A stretch of DNA of 64,000 bases from Octopus sinensis (lineage: Eukaryota), in NCBI RefSeq assembly GCF_006345805.1, contig NC_042997.1:213094001-213158000 (forward strand), written 5' to 3'. A model generated the notes under the pieces. That model saw nothing but the letters and a program-made list of their open reading frames with translations. It searched no databases and had not been told where the DNA came from. Positions 25,974 through 38,545 of this stretch are shown one piece after another. Numbering within the stretch: position 1 is the first letter of the stretch; every line of letters starts with the position of its first letter. Position numbers and translations under genes: made by a program.

Positions 25974-26012
25974 GTCTTACAGCTATTTCTGGGATATCCC
26001 TTCATCAGAGAC
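25974..26012 (-). ncRNA. minimal type I hammerhead ribozyme (PLE-like)
   Basis: Minus strand GTCT CTGATGA A GGGATATCCC A GAAA TAGCTG TA AGAC. All core nucleotides are present, with an A.A mismatch at 10.1/11.1. Confidence 0.7.
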
Positions 26013-27134
26013 GATATGAGAGAGTTAACTAGAGGGAAATAGTAGAGTTCAGTATAAGGAGTTACTCTGGAAAAGGCTGGATATAGGAAGTACAAAGGGA
26101 AATAAGAGAATAAAAATAAAAATATATGTAGGATATTGCAGTTCCATTATCCAAGGAAAGTGCTGTGTAGAATGGATAGAAATGCATCTTGTCTATGGTA
26201 TGTAGATTCCAATAGGAGTTCATATTTTGTTATTATGAGTGGATAGTGTGGAGACATAAATTCCATGTGCTCATCATTCAAAGGAGTTTTGTGGTGTGGA
26301 TGAAATTTTGAGAATATACTGATAGGAGTAAATAGATAGAAAGAAGATAATAGATATGTATGTTAGGAGGAGAATGGTATAAGTCAAAAGGAATGGGGGG
26401 AAAGAGGAAAGAAAGACAGAAAGAGGAAAAAATGAAAAAAGGAGTGCTAGATGGTGGTCAAGATATTGTGAGGGGTGGGAGAGGAGAGCTAGCAAGATAA
26501 AAGGAATTGGGGAGGGATAGAAGGAAGAGATAAGAATGTAAGGAAGGAATATATGTGAGAACAGTTGTTCAATTGTCTATTTTGATATGATTTGTATGGC
26601 TGGATGCCTTTCCTGATGCTAAGCACCTCACAGAGTGTACTGGGTGCTTCTATGTGGCACCAACACAGGTGTTTTTTATAGGGCACAATTACCAGCAGGA
26701 TCACCCAGTAACTTGCAAGACAAAGACCCTTCGGCTGGGAGAGGAAGTGGTACTGAGGGAGGTGGCTTTGTGCTGGTTGAGAGATTAAAGTATAGAGGGA
26801 TTGTGATTGAAGTCTTACTGTAGAGGAGATATTTGGCTACTCCAATAGGAAAAGAAAGGAAAGGAAAGAGAGGTGTAGTTAGGTAGAAAGATTGAAAAAC
26901 AGAGAGAGAGAGAATGATGGTGGAGATGCATCAGGACAAGTTCACAAGGTATAATGGGGATAAATATAAGCAGTCAAAAGAGATAAAAAGAGGATGCTTC
27001 CTAAGAGTGTACAGAGGGAGATGTTCAGAGATAAAAAAGAGGTGACTGTAGTAAGGAACCAGTGATTTATAACAATATCTGATAATTTGATTAATCCTGT
27101 GATCACTTGATACACACACACACGTGTGTGTGTG

Positions 27135-27175
<41 letters not shown>

Positions 27176-27752
27176 GTTAAAGACTCTCATATATATATAA
27201 ATGGGTTAAAGACTCTCATCAAAAGCAGTAATTTTAATTTTCAATTTATCTTTCAAACAAACACCATTTTATAGTATTACTTCAAATTTAAAAAAAAAAA
27301 AACTACCATTCGATATATTATACAAAATTCAAATTTTATATCTCTGAAGAGCAGAAGTGTTGTCTATAAATGCTTATCAATATAGGATTTCATTATAGGG
27401 ACTTCACTTCTGGGAAACGGAATTCAAAACTTTTAAACTCTCATATACATTATATATTTATACTTATACATATTTATATTTATTTATTTATTTATATATT
27501 TTTAATACAACAATTATTTTTCACATGTGTATATCTTTCTGAGAAGTTTTCTGATATTGATTTTCCTAATATTAATAATAATATATTATTAATATATATA
27601 TATGAAAAAAAGAAAAAGAATAACTTCACTGGTAGTTCTAATCAGTTTAATTCCTAGATCTAGTTCATAGATCTAGTAAGCTTTTTGTTAACTTGAGTGG
27701 AGAGATTTTTTTTTAAATTCCTGTTAACTTTCTTGCCCTATAAATATATATA

Positions 27753-27935
27753 TAGGGAGAGTTTACGAAAAAAAACAAAAGACGAAGACATGTGGTGTAC
27801 AAAACAAACAGATGTATTAGTATAACGCTCAGGAATAGAAAAAGTATTTTACGTTTTGAGCCTATGCTCTTCTACAGAAAGGAACGCAGAAAGAAACAAG
27901 GAGAGAAAATAATGTGTGTAGTGGCTAACGATCTA
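27753..27935 (-). mobile_element. ~180-bp TA-inserted repeat with hammerhead-like motif
   Basis: Reverse complement of 51409-51590, with (TA)n on both sides. Confidence 0.75.
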
Positions 27936-27954
27936 TATATATATATTTTACCAA

Positions 27955-29125
27955 GGTGACCAAGTCAGTATCCGGGTTGGATGCTCTGAAAGTGTAGCTG
28001 CTAGAATAATCATAGCCTGGGAAAAGTTCAGAGAGCTCCTATCTCTACTAGTGACGAAGGGCCTTTCACTCAGAGTAAAAGGTAGACTGTATTACGCATG
28101 TGTATGAACAGCGATGCTACATGGCAGTGAAACATGGGCTGTGACTGCTGAGGACATGCGTAAGCTTGCAAGGAATGAAGCTAGTATGCCCCGATAGATA
28201 TGTAAAGTCAGTGTGCATACTCGACAGAGTGTTAGTGCCTTGAGAGAAAAGTTAGACCTAAGAAGCATCAGATGTGATGTGCAAGAGAGACAACTGCACT
28301 GGTATGGTCAAGTAGTGAGAATGGATGAGGAGAGCTGTGTGAAAAAGTGTCACGCCCTAGCGGTTGAGGTAATCTGTGGAAGAGGTAGACCCAGGAAGAC
28401 CCGGGATGAGGTAGTGAAGCACAACCTTTGAACATTAGGCCTCACTGTGGCAATGACTAGTGACCAAGACCTTTGGATCTATGCTGTGCTTGAGAAGACC
28501 CAGCAGGCCAAGTGAGACCTTAACCTGTGGTCTATGCCAGGGGTGTAACCAGCCCACTTATGTGTACATTTCTTTCATTGGACACTAAACTCTGCTTGCA
28601 AAGACCTGTTGAGGGAAATGAAATCAAAATCAAATTCGCTGATGTGGCCGATGACAGCACCGCCTGACTGGCATCCGTGCTAGTGAAACGTTCAGAGCAC
28701 CATCCGAGTGTGATCATTGCCAGGGTAGCTGACTGGCTCCTGTGCCGGTGGCATATAAAAAGTGCAATTTGAGCATGATTGTTACCAGCGTCGCCTTACT
28801 GGTACTTGTGCCAGTGTCATGTGAAAAACAACATTTGAGCGAAATCTTTGCCAGTGCCGCTGGACTGGCTCCTGTGCAGCTGGCACATAAAAAGCACCAT
28901 TTGAGTGTGGCCATTGCCAATACTGACTGACTGGCCCTCGTGCCAGTAACACATAAAAGCACCCACTACACTCTTGGAGTGGTTGGCATTAGGAAGGGCA
29001 TCCACCTGTAGAAACTTTGCCTGATCAGATTGGAGCCTTGTGCAGCCATCTGGCTCATCTGTCCTCAGTCAAACCGTCCAACCCATGCCAGCATGGAAAG
29101 CGGGTGTTAAACAATGATGATGATA
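27955..29125 (+). mobile_element. 5'-truncated RTE LINE, older copy
   Basis: ORF 28213-28431 (RQLHWYGQV...RGRPRKT) followed by the 3' UTR units and tail. Confidence 0.88.
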
Positions 29126-29129
29126 TATA

Positions 29130-29360
29130 TATATGATGGGCTTTTTTCAGTTTCCATCTAAAAAAATCCACTTACAAGGCTTTGGTCAGCCAAAACTGCC
29201 ATGCAGTGGGACTGAACTTGTAACCATGTGGTTGGTAAGCAAGCTACTTACTACACAGCTACTCCTACATTTATTTTGTTGAACTGCTAAGTTTTGGGGA
29301 TGTAGACACACAACCATTGGTTGTCAAGCGATGTTGGGAGGGACAAACACACACACATAA
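29130..29360 (-). mobile_element. tRNA-derived SINE (13695 family), partial
   Basis: caaggctttggtcagcc...gggactgaac...gtaagcaagcta. Confidence 0.65.
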
Positions 29361-30065
29361 ATATCTTTTATTGAGAGAGCATCATTGCTGGGTAGTTTCT
29401 GTCCATGCTTATACGCCAGAATAACATCATTAAACACACCAATTGGTTTGTAAGAAATGTTCTATAAAGCATTAATGACTCCACCAATGTAAAATCAAAA
29501 ATATTCAGACAAGATAATCATTATTGATAATCATAATTCTAATTTTCCATTTATTCATCTCTGAGGAACTAAAATTATTTCAAGCCTCTCACATTTTCAG
29601 TTTTAATAGATTTGTTTTGGTGAATTGTCTAAAAGACAGCAATGAAAACAGTTATTTAGAAACTCTTGAAATTGTTGTTCTTTGTGGGAATAAGGAACAG
29701 TTCTGATTATTCATTCATATTTTCATATTTATATCAATCAACTAACTCCAGCAGGTGAATTTTTGGTGCATTATTCAAAATATTTCCAACTATTTTGCCA
29801 TCTTTTGAACTCTTTGTTATTTCTTGTAATTTGTGTCAGTCATGGTTGGACATTTTTGAAGTTTTGCACTAACTTACATTAAACTGCTATTTCTCATGGT
29901 CTTTTAGAAAACCTCTGTTTTAAATAAAATATAAATATTGTTGAGTGAGTGTTTAACTCAGATTCAGCTGAAGAATTAATGGTTAGTCAGGCAGATTTGA
30001 AACTAATGTTGGACAGGAATATAAAGAGGCTGTCAAGAATGAGTAAACATACAACTGAGTAATTA

Positions 30066-30372
30066 TCATCATCATCGTTTAACATCTGTTTTCTGTGCTA
30101 GCATGGGTTGGACAGTTCAACTGGGGTCTGGCAAGCCAGGAGGCTGCACCAGGCTCCAGTCTTGATCTGGCAGTGTTTCTACAGCTGGATGCCCTTCCTA
30201 ACGCCAACCACTTCGTGAGTGTAGTGGGTGCTTTTTACATGCCACCGACACAGGTGTCAGGGGAGGTTGGCAGCAGCCACGATTGGTTGGTGCTTTTTAC
30301 ATGCCACAGAAGCCAGTCAAGGCGGTGCTGGCATCGGCCACGTTCAGATGGTGCTTTTATGTGCCGCCAGTG
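30066..30372 (-). mobile_element. RTE-LINE 3' tail copy
   Basis: Family tail. Confidence 0.85.
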
Positions 30373-31143
30373 AGTTTACAAGAGTTAAATGGGCAGAGCT
30401 GGTTACGTATCGTATAGAATGCTTTATGGTATTTATTCTGATTCTCTGTTCTTTGAGTTCAAATCCTATGATGGTCAACTTTGTGTTTCCTTTTTTTGAG
30501 ATTCAATAAACAAAATATCAAATCATGGCAGAACTGTAAGAACATCAAACAGGACCCCTTGTGGTATCTGGTTGAGCTCTACATTCTGGGTTCAAATTCT
30601 ATCATGGCAACGTGGTCGCCCACTTGAACACCACCACCTCACACTGTGGGTACCTTTAGGGACATCTTCTCTGTTGCAAAACATTCAGGCCAGATGCCCT
30701 GAGATCCCTCTTTCCCTCTCCTCATTCTACCTGTCTCAGAACCCCTATAAAGACTCGTGGACACTATTTTTCTCTCTGGAATAAAAACATAACAAAATTA
30801 CAACTTAGCCACAGTTTCAATTCCACTGCATGACATAAGGTTGACCAATATTTTATGAGAGGAATTTAGTCAAAGGAAACGGCACTAAAGCCTCTGTGTG
30901 TGTGTGTCTGCATAAATATATCAATACTATCATCATCATCATCTTTTAATGTTCAACTTCTATATTGACATGGATTGGATGATTTGACAGGATTCATGTA
31001 AAAGGGCAAGGAAAAATGTTACTTTACTTGGAAACAAGCATTGATGAAAAGAAAGGCATCGTAATCGTAGGACATCTGCTTCAATGAATTTCATCTAACC
31101 CCCATAAGGATGCAAGAGTGGATGTTAAAACAGTGATATATTA

Positions 31144-31351
31144 TATAAGCTTAAATCTTATAGCGAACACCGTGCAAATGATTAAGGAAAACAGTCTAAT
31201 AAAGGGGCATATAAGCCCGCGACAGAAAAAAAGTAGGCTTTCCCATGCATACAGGAATGTCTACTTTCTTCTATCGAGGGCTTATATGCCCCATTATTAG
31301 ACTATTTTCCTTAGTCATTGCACAGTGATTGCTATAAGCTTTGAGCTTATA
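31144..31351. mobile_element. fold-back MITE (~208 bp, ~95-bp arms)
   Basis: tataagcttaaatcttatagc...ggggcatataagccc...aaagtaggc versus gtctacttt...gggcttatatgcccc...gctataagctttgagcttata. Confidence 0.8.
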
Positions 31352-31557
31352 AAAAAGATACCATTAGTATTATTTACAGAATTGTAAAACTCGACACTGC
31401 TTAACAAAACCATTCACACCAAAATATGTATATATACTTTATTTGTGCATTAACATGGCAACCAGTGGTTTCATGTGGAAAGAATTATCAACAATTATCA
31501 AATGTGCTATTTTTAGAGTGTTTTATTTTTCTGACAGTTGATCGATATATATATATA

Positions 31558-32827
31558 CGAGGGGCGTTCAATAAGTAATGCCCCTGACCCACTTGCATTT
31601 GTTTGAACTAGCTGAAATTTTGCATGTGCACTTATTTATACCTCTATAGATTAAGTGGCGAATTACAGCTCTGAACTAATTGTGGTTTCTGAATTACAGG
31701 TGTTTGAACTGAGTCAAGTGTGAAATGGAGCCTGTTGAGTGTCGAGCAGTGATCTGGTTTTTGTATTTGAAAGGACGCACACCACGGGAGACTTTTGATG
31801 AAATGAAAGTAACTTATGGTGATGATGCCCCATCATATGACCTTGTAAAACGCTGGCATTGTGAATTCAAACATAGTCGGAACTCTGTGGAAACAGCTCC
31901 CAGATCTGGTCGCCCCCTTCTGCCGTTGATGAGACGTCTGTCTGTCAAGTTGAGGCTGCCATTTTGGAAGGTCAACGCATAACTATTCGCCAAATAGCCC
32001 ATAAGGTCAAGATTAGTACCGGATCTGTGGAAACTATCATTCATGACCATTTGCATATGCAAAAGGTGTCTGCCAGATGGATTTCCAGGTTGCTCACACG
32101 TTTCCAGAAGCAAGAACGCGTTGAGTGCTTGAGGATGAATTTGGAGATGTGCCAAGAAGATGTGTCAAAATTTTTCAAAAGACTGATCACACAGGATAAA
32201 ACCTGGGTCCATCACTATGATCCATAGACCAAAGCCCAGTCAATGCAGTGAAAGCACCGTGACTCACCTCCTCCAAAGAAGGCAAGGGTGCAGCCCTCGG
32301 CTGACAAGGTTATGCTCACAGTCTTCTGGGACCAGGACAGAGTAGTGATGACAGATTTCCTGGCAAAGGGTACCGCAATTACAGGAGCCTATTATGCTTC
32401 ACTTTTGAGGAAATTAAGAGAAGCTATCAAAATCAAGAGGCAGGGCAAGATCAGCAAAAGCATCCTCCTCCTGCAGGACAATGCTCCGGTCCACAACTCG
32501 CATGTCGCCAAATCAGAAGCACAGGTGTGCAGCTATGAACTCCTCCCCTTGCACCCTCTGATTTTCACCTCTTCCCAGCCATGAAGTTGATTTTGAAAGG
32601 AAAGCGTTTCCCAGATGATGCAGCCTTGATTTCTGAAGTCATGTCGAGGTTGGAGGACCAAGCTGGGGTCTTCTACAAAAACGGTCTCCAGAGCTGTATC
32701 AAACGATGGGAGAAATGCATAACTCTGAGTAGTTCCTATGTAGGAAAAGACTAATAACTGTGCCAAGTGTCGTTGCTCTACTGCTATGGGAAGTGGGTCA
32801 GGGGCATTACTTATTGAATGCCCCTCG
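31558..32827 (+). mobile_element. full-length (1270 bp) mariner element, irritans-like, frameshifted
   Basis: 37-bp TIRs cgaggggc(g/a)ttcaataagtaatgcccctgacccactt (1 mismatch) with TA flanks inside (TA)n. ORFs give MEPVECRAVIWFLYLKG, WISRLLT, QDKTWVHHYDP and LQDNAPVH. Confidence 0.95.
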
Positions 32828-32859
<32 letters not shown>

Positions 32860-33501
32860 TATATATATATACACACACACCCACACACACATATATATAC
32901 AGTTATATCGAACATTGAGAATCAACACCACATTGGTGGACAAATATTCTTTATTTGTGGGTTAACAAGGCAACCAATGGTTTTATGTAGAAAGAACTCT
33001 CTCAACAATTATCAAGTCTGCCACATGGGAACATTGGTACTTGTCTCCATCTTTGATGAGAATATACGAAACTACTTCAAACTGTATGGAATATGGGAAT
33101 AAATGAATAAATATACAGATCATGGTAGGTCACTTATAGAAAAATCATATCTCTCTTGCATTGGTCCTAGTATCTTTGTAACAAACTGTGTTCACTATGT
33201 ATTGATTAATTCCTTGTTTTATGTGAGAATTCTAATATATATATAAATACACATGTATGTGCGCATGCACATCCATACGAAATATGTGCAAACACATATT
33301 GTTAGGACCATTGTCCCTATGGCTAAGTTTACACCTTCTTCTTCAATTGAAGTAGAACTTAAATTGTCCAAGCAGCTTCCACTTAATTTTATTTGGAGTT
33401 CCCTCCTCTTTTAATTGCCATATATAGCTGACTAATGTTGTAACACTGTGTCTCTCTGGGATCCTAAAAGAGAGCCTGTATTCATTTAGACTAGCCTTAA
33501 T

Positions 33502-33711
33502 CTAACCCTTTGATTCTCCAACATTTTTCCGTATGTTTGTGTGCGTTCGTTTGCTGTTGCTATTGTTGGACACTGATGCTGCTCTGTACACTGCGACCTC
33601 ATTGTTGCATTGACCATTCAAAAGGCACTCACAGTTAACGCTACATAGCATTCCACCATTGCATGGAGTGTGGACGTGTTTACTAATATCTCTTTTATAC
33701 TTCGTGCACAA
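33502..33711 (-). pseudogene. possible PLE GIY-YIG N-terminal fragment
   Basis: NCECLLNGQCNNEVAVYRAAS resembles the CxC..CPLxGxC...VVYxA motif preceding GIY-YIG in Penelope-like elements. Confidence 0.35.
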
Positions 33712-34025
33712 CAGAAGGAGACCCTTAAATTATATGTGTTGAATAATCTCATATACCTATGGGATGGTGCGAAATGCTTATCTACTTATCTAAGTAAGAT
33801 CCCATGCAAGTTTTGATGTTGAGTAAGAAAGGTAGGGAAAACCAGAGGACTTTATAGTGTATATTTACTTCCATCAGTAAAGAGGCTATTGGCTTCCATT
33901 TCAAACTAGCATTATTCCACCACTGCAATTGTAGACACAAAATCAATAGTAACTTTCTGACCAGTTATATGCCAAACCCAATGTATACTACTTGAATACA
34001 TAAAAGTGTATATATATATATAAAA

Positions 34026-34341
34026 GGCACATAAAAAGCACCATCCGAACGTGGCCGATGCCAGCACCGCCTTGGCTGGCTTCCATGCCGGTGGCACGTT
34101 AAAAGCACCAACCGATCGTGGCCGATGCCAGACCCCCCTCCCCTGGCACATGTGCAGGTGGCACGTAAAAAGCACCCACTATATTCTCGGAGTGGTTGGC
34201 GTTAGGAAGGGCATCTAGCTGTAGAAACACTGCCAGATCAGACTGGGGCCTGGTGCAGCCCTGGCTTCCCAGACTCCGGTCGAACCGTCCAACCCGTGCT
34301 AGCGGGGAAAACGGACGTTAAACGATGATGATGATGATGAT
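34026..34341 (+). mobile_element. RTE-LINE 3' tail copy
   Basis: Family tail plus (GAT)n. Confidence 0.88.
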
Positions 34342-34364
34342 ATATATATATATATATATATATA

Positions 34365-34789
34365 TCATCATCATCATCATTTAATGTTCGTTTCCCATGC
34401 TAGCATGGGTTTGACCAGGATCTGGGAAGCCAGGAGGCTGTACCAGGCTCCAGTCTGATCTGGCAGAGTTTCTATAGCTGGATGCCCTTCCCAATGCCAA
34501 CCACTCCATGAGTGTAGTGGGTGCTTTTTACGTGCCACCGGCACAGGTGCCAGGCAAGGCTGGCAACAGCCACGATCGGTTGGTGCTTTTTATGTGCCAC
34601 CGGCACGGAAGCCAGTCAAGCTGGCATTGGCCATGTTCGGATAGTGCTTTTTACGTGCCACCGGCACAGGTGCCAGGCAAGGCTGGCAACAGCCACGATT
34701 GGTTGGTGCTTTTTATGTGCCACCGGCACGGAAGCCAGTCAAGCTGGCATTGGCCATGTTCGGATAGTGCTTTTTACGTGCCACCGGCA
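34365..34789 (-). mobile_element. RTE-LINE 3' tail copy with duplicated unit pair
   Basis: Family tail; a block of two 60-bp units is directly repeated. Confidence 0.88.
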
Positions 34790-34793
34790 TATA

Positions 34794-37285
34794 TCATCAT
34801 CATCGTTTAACGTCCGCTTTCCATGCTAGCATGGGTTGGACGGTTCAACTGGGGTCTGGGAAGCCAGGGGCTGCACCAGGCTCCAGTCTGATCTGGCAGT
34901 GTTTCTACAGCTGGATGCCCTTCCTAACGCCAACCACTCCGAGAGTGTAGTGGGTGATTTTATGTGCCACTGACACAGGTGCCAGACGAGGCTGGCAGAC
35001 GGCCACGCTCAGATGGTGATTTTATGTGCCACCGACACAGGTGCCAGACGAGGCTGGCAGATGGCCACGCTCGGATGGTGTTTGTTACGTGCCCACAGCA
35101 CGGAGGCCAGTTGATGCAGTACTGGCTATGGTCACGTTCAGATGGTTTTCTTATGTGCCACCGGCACTGGTACCGCAAGGATACAAATTCCATTGATGTT
35201 CATCTATTTTGATTTGGTTTGATTTGATTTGATTTGATTTTGATTTTGATTTTCACTTGCCTCAACAGGTCTTCACAAGTGTCAAAAGAAGGAAGGTATG
35301 CACAGGTGGACTGACTACGTCCCAGGTAGGGTCCACAGGTTATGGCTTCACTAGTCTTGCCGGGTCTTCTCATGCACAGCATACTTCCATAGGTCTCGGC
35401 CTCTAGTCATTTCCATGGTGAGATCTAACATTCGAAGGTCGTGCTTCACCACCTCGTCCCAGGTTTTCCTGGGTCTACCTCTTCCACGGGTTCCCTCAAC
35501 TGCTAGGGATTGGCACTTTCTCACACACCTATCTTCATCCATTCTCGCCACATGACCATACCAGCGCAATCGTCTCTCTTGCATACCACAACTGATGCTT
35601 CTTAGGTACAACATTTCTCTCAAGGTACTAACGCTCTGTCGAGTATGTACACTGACATTACACATCCATCGGAGCATATTGGCTTCATTCCTCACGAGCT
35701 TACGCATGTCCTCAGCAGTCACGGCCTATGTTTCACTGCCATGTAGCATGGCTGTTCGTACACATGCATCATACAGTCTGCCTTTTACTCTGAGCGAGAG
35801 GCCTTTAGTCACCAGCAGAGGTAAGAGCTCCCTAAACTTTGCCCAGGCTATTCTTATTCTAGCAGTTACACTTTCAGCGCACCCACCCCCACTACTGACT
35901 TGGTCACCTAGATAACGGAAGCTATCAACTACTTCTAGTTTTTCCCCCTGGAAAGTGACGGAAGTTGTTTTCTGCAGATTTTCGGAGGTCGATGCTCCCG
36001 AGCATCTGCCACATACAAAAACTATCTTCCCAGTTAGCCTACCTTTGACATTGCTGCACCTCTTATGTGTCCATAGCTTACACTGGGTACATCTTATAGA
36101 GTTTCTACCTACACCTTTTCTACAGATCGAGCAGGGCCATCTTCCTGAGGATATTTGTGGATTGTCTACCTTTCTACTTATTAGTACTTTGGTTTTAGCT
36201 AGGTTGACTCTAAGGCCCCTCGATTCTAAACCTTCCTTCCACACCTGGAGCTTCTCCAGTCTGATAGTGACTCAGCAATTAGAGCGAGGTCGTCAGCATA
36301 GAGGAGCTCCCAGGGGCAACCTGTCTTTAATTCCTCCACAATTGCCTGGAGGACTATGATAAATAGGAGGGGGCTGAGTACTGAACCCTGGTGGACCCCA
36401 ACCTCTACTTTGAATTCTTCTGTGTACATGTTGCCAACCCTCACCTTACTTACGGCATCTCTGTACATGGCTTGCACAGCCCTCACCAGCCATTCATCTA
36501 TCCCTAGTTTCCTCATTGACCACCAGATGAGGGATCGGGGGACCCTATCAAAGGCTTTCTCCATGTCAACGAAAGCCAGACACAGGGGCTTATCTTTGGC
36601 TAGGTATTTCTCCTGCAGCTGCCTTACCAGGAATATAGCATCAGTGGTGCGTTTCCCTGGCATGAACCCAAACTGCATCTCATCTAAACTAACTCTCTCT
36701 CTAATTAGTTGGGCTATGACCCTCTCCGTAACCTTCATTACCTGATCCAACAGCTTGATACCTCTGTAATTATTTGTATCTAGGGCATCGCCTTTACCTT
36801 TGTAGCAGTTGACTAGTATGCTGCTACACCAGTCATTGGGAATGACTCCTTCATGTATCACCTGGTTAACTATACGGGTGACTATGCTATAGCTGACACT
36901 ACCAGATATTTTGAGCATCTCTGCAGTAATTCCTGATGAGCCTGGGGCTTTCCCTGTCTTCATGCTTCTAATTGCCTTAGCTACCAAGGTACTCTCAGTT
37001 CGGATAGCTGGTCCCTCTGTTGGGTCGACATTCGGCAGACTCTCTTTATCCCATTCATTCTCTTTATTGAGCAACCTTTCATAGTGGCATCTCCAATCCT
37101 CATTTAGTGCAAGTGAACCATCATCCATGCGAACACACTTCTCTCCTACCACATCACGATTCTCTCTCATACACTGTCTTGCAACACGAAATACCTCAAG
37201 TCTTTCGTCCTCACGGCTTAGAACATTGGCAAATTTTTTCTTATCCACTTCCCCTCTGGCTAAATAAACCTGTCTCCTAGCTTCC
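34794..37285 (-). mobile_element. 5'-truncated RTE-clade LINE (RT, PHD finger, C-terminal domain, 3' UTR, tail)
   Basis: ORFs 36226-37248 (GKAPG, NYRGIKLL, QFGFMPG, AFVDMEKAFDRV, GVHQGSVLSPLLF, LYADD), 35726-36244 (C4HC3 PHD at 36002-36133) and 35351-35722, separated by frameshifts or stops. Confidence 0.95.
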
Positions 37286-37879
37286 TATATATACAGCAAA
37301 TAAGTAACAAGGATGTCAAGGTATTAATGCCATATGGCCATTTCAGGCGACTCCGTTTAATCAAACAATGCAAGGATTACATTATTTTGAAATACAATGC
37401 CATCTTCAGTTGCAAAATAGAAATTGACTAAAAGTCAAGATATTCTATTATAATTCTTAGCAAATATTTCATCAGAATTAGAGAAAGAAAGAATTCCATG
37501 CTGCTACAAATGTAGCAGAATAAGCTTAAAGAGAAACAGATACAATTTTGGAATGGCAGAAATAGAAACACAGTGAGGGTTATGAAATTGGTAATTTAGC
37601 TACAATTTTTATCTATCCCCTTATCATCATCAAAAGATCTGATGCTGCAGCTAGTATTAAGACACCTGAAGTTGACAGTTAAATTCTATCTGCTGGTTAT
37701 AAATTAGCATTGTTAGATGTTCTCTCAAATCCTAATTCTCTGTGGCTATAGATTCACTTGACCGCTCTTAGATTTCTGTAAGTGAATATTTTATCATAAA
37801 CAAACTTACATATTTTTTTTCCAGGTCATTAAGAATGAAATGTTCAATATTGAACTGAAAGCTTATTTTATATTATTTC

Positions 37880-38545
37880 AACAAAATGCAATGCAGCTAA
37901 TCAAAGTATGCACCTAAATTATCAACACAGTTTTGCCATTTTATTGGAAGCTTATTTATGCCAGCATCAAAGAATTCTGGAGAGCAAGAGGTGATGAAAT
38001 CACAAAAGGCTGTTTTTACATCTTCTTCAGATTTTAAGTTTTTTCCAATGCAAAAAAGTTGTCTAATGCCTGGAAAATGTGATAGTCAGTTGGTGCAAGG
38101 TCTGGTGAATATGGTGGATGACAGAGTACTTCCAAGTTCCATTCCTGTAACTTGAGTAGTGTTCTTTGTGCAACATGTGGTCAAGTATTTTCTGGCAAGA
38201 GAATTGGCCTGTCTCTTTTGTCCAATCTCAGTTGTTTAAGTGCAAGTTCACCCATCTTTTCATCCAGTTGGTTGATGTATACATCCACTGTAATTGACTT
38301 ACCAGGTCTCATGAAGTTGCAGTGGATGACACCAGAGCTGGACCACTAAACAGACATCATTAGCATTTTTTTGGTGAATACTCTTTTTTGGATTGTTTTG
38401 GATTGTTTTGGCACTTCGTTTCTATCCAACCTTTGTGCAAAACACTTGCTGTTGTTGAAAAGAATCCAATTTTTTATGACACGTAACAACACAATGCAAA
38501 AATGGTTCGCTTTTATGCTGTGACAACAAAGAACCTCCAGTTGTC
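37880..38545 (-). mobile_element. mariner transposase fragment (Hsmar1/cecropia-like), decayed
   Basis: Minus-strand reading resembles VTC(D)KKW, WSSSGVIHCNFM and HPPYSPDLAPTDYH. Confidence 0.75.
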
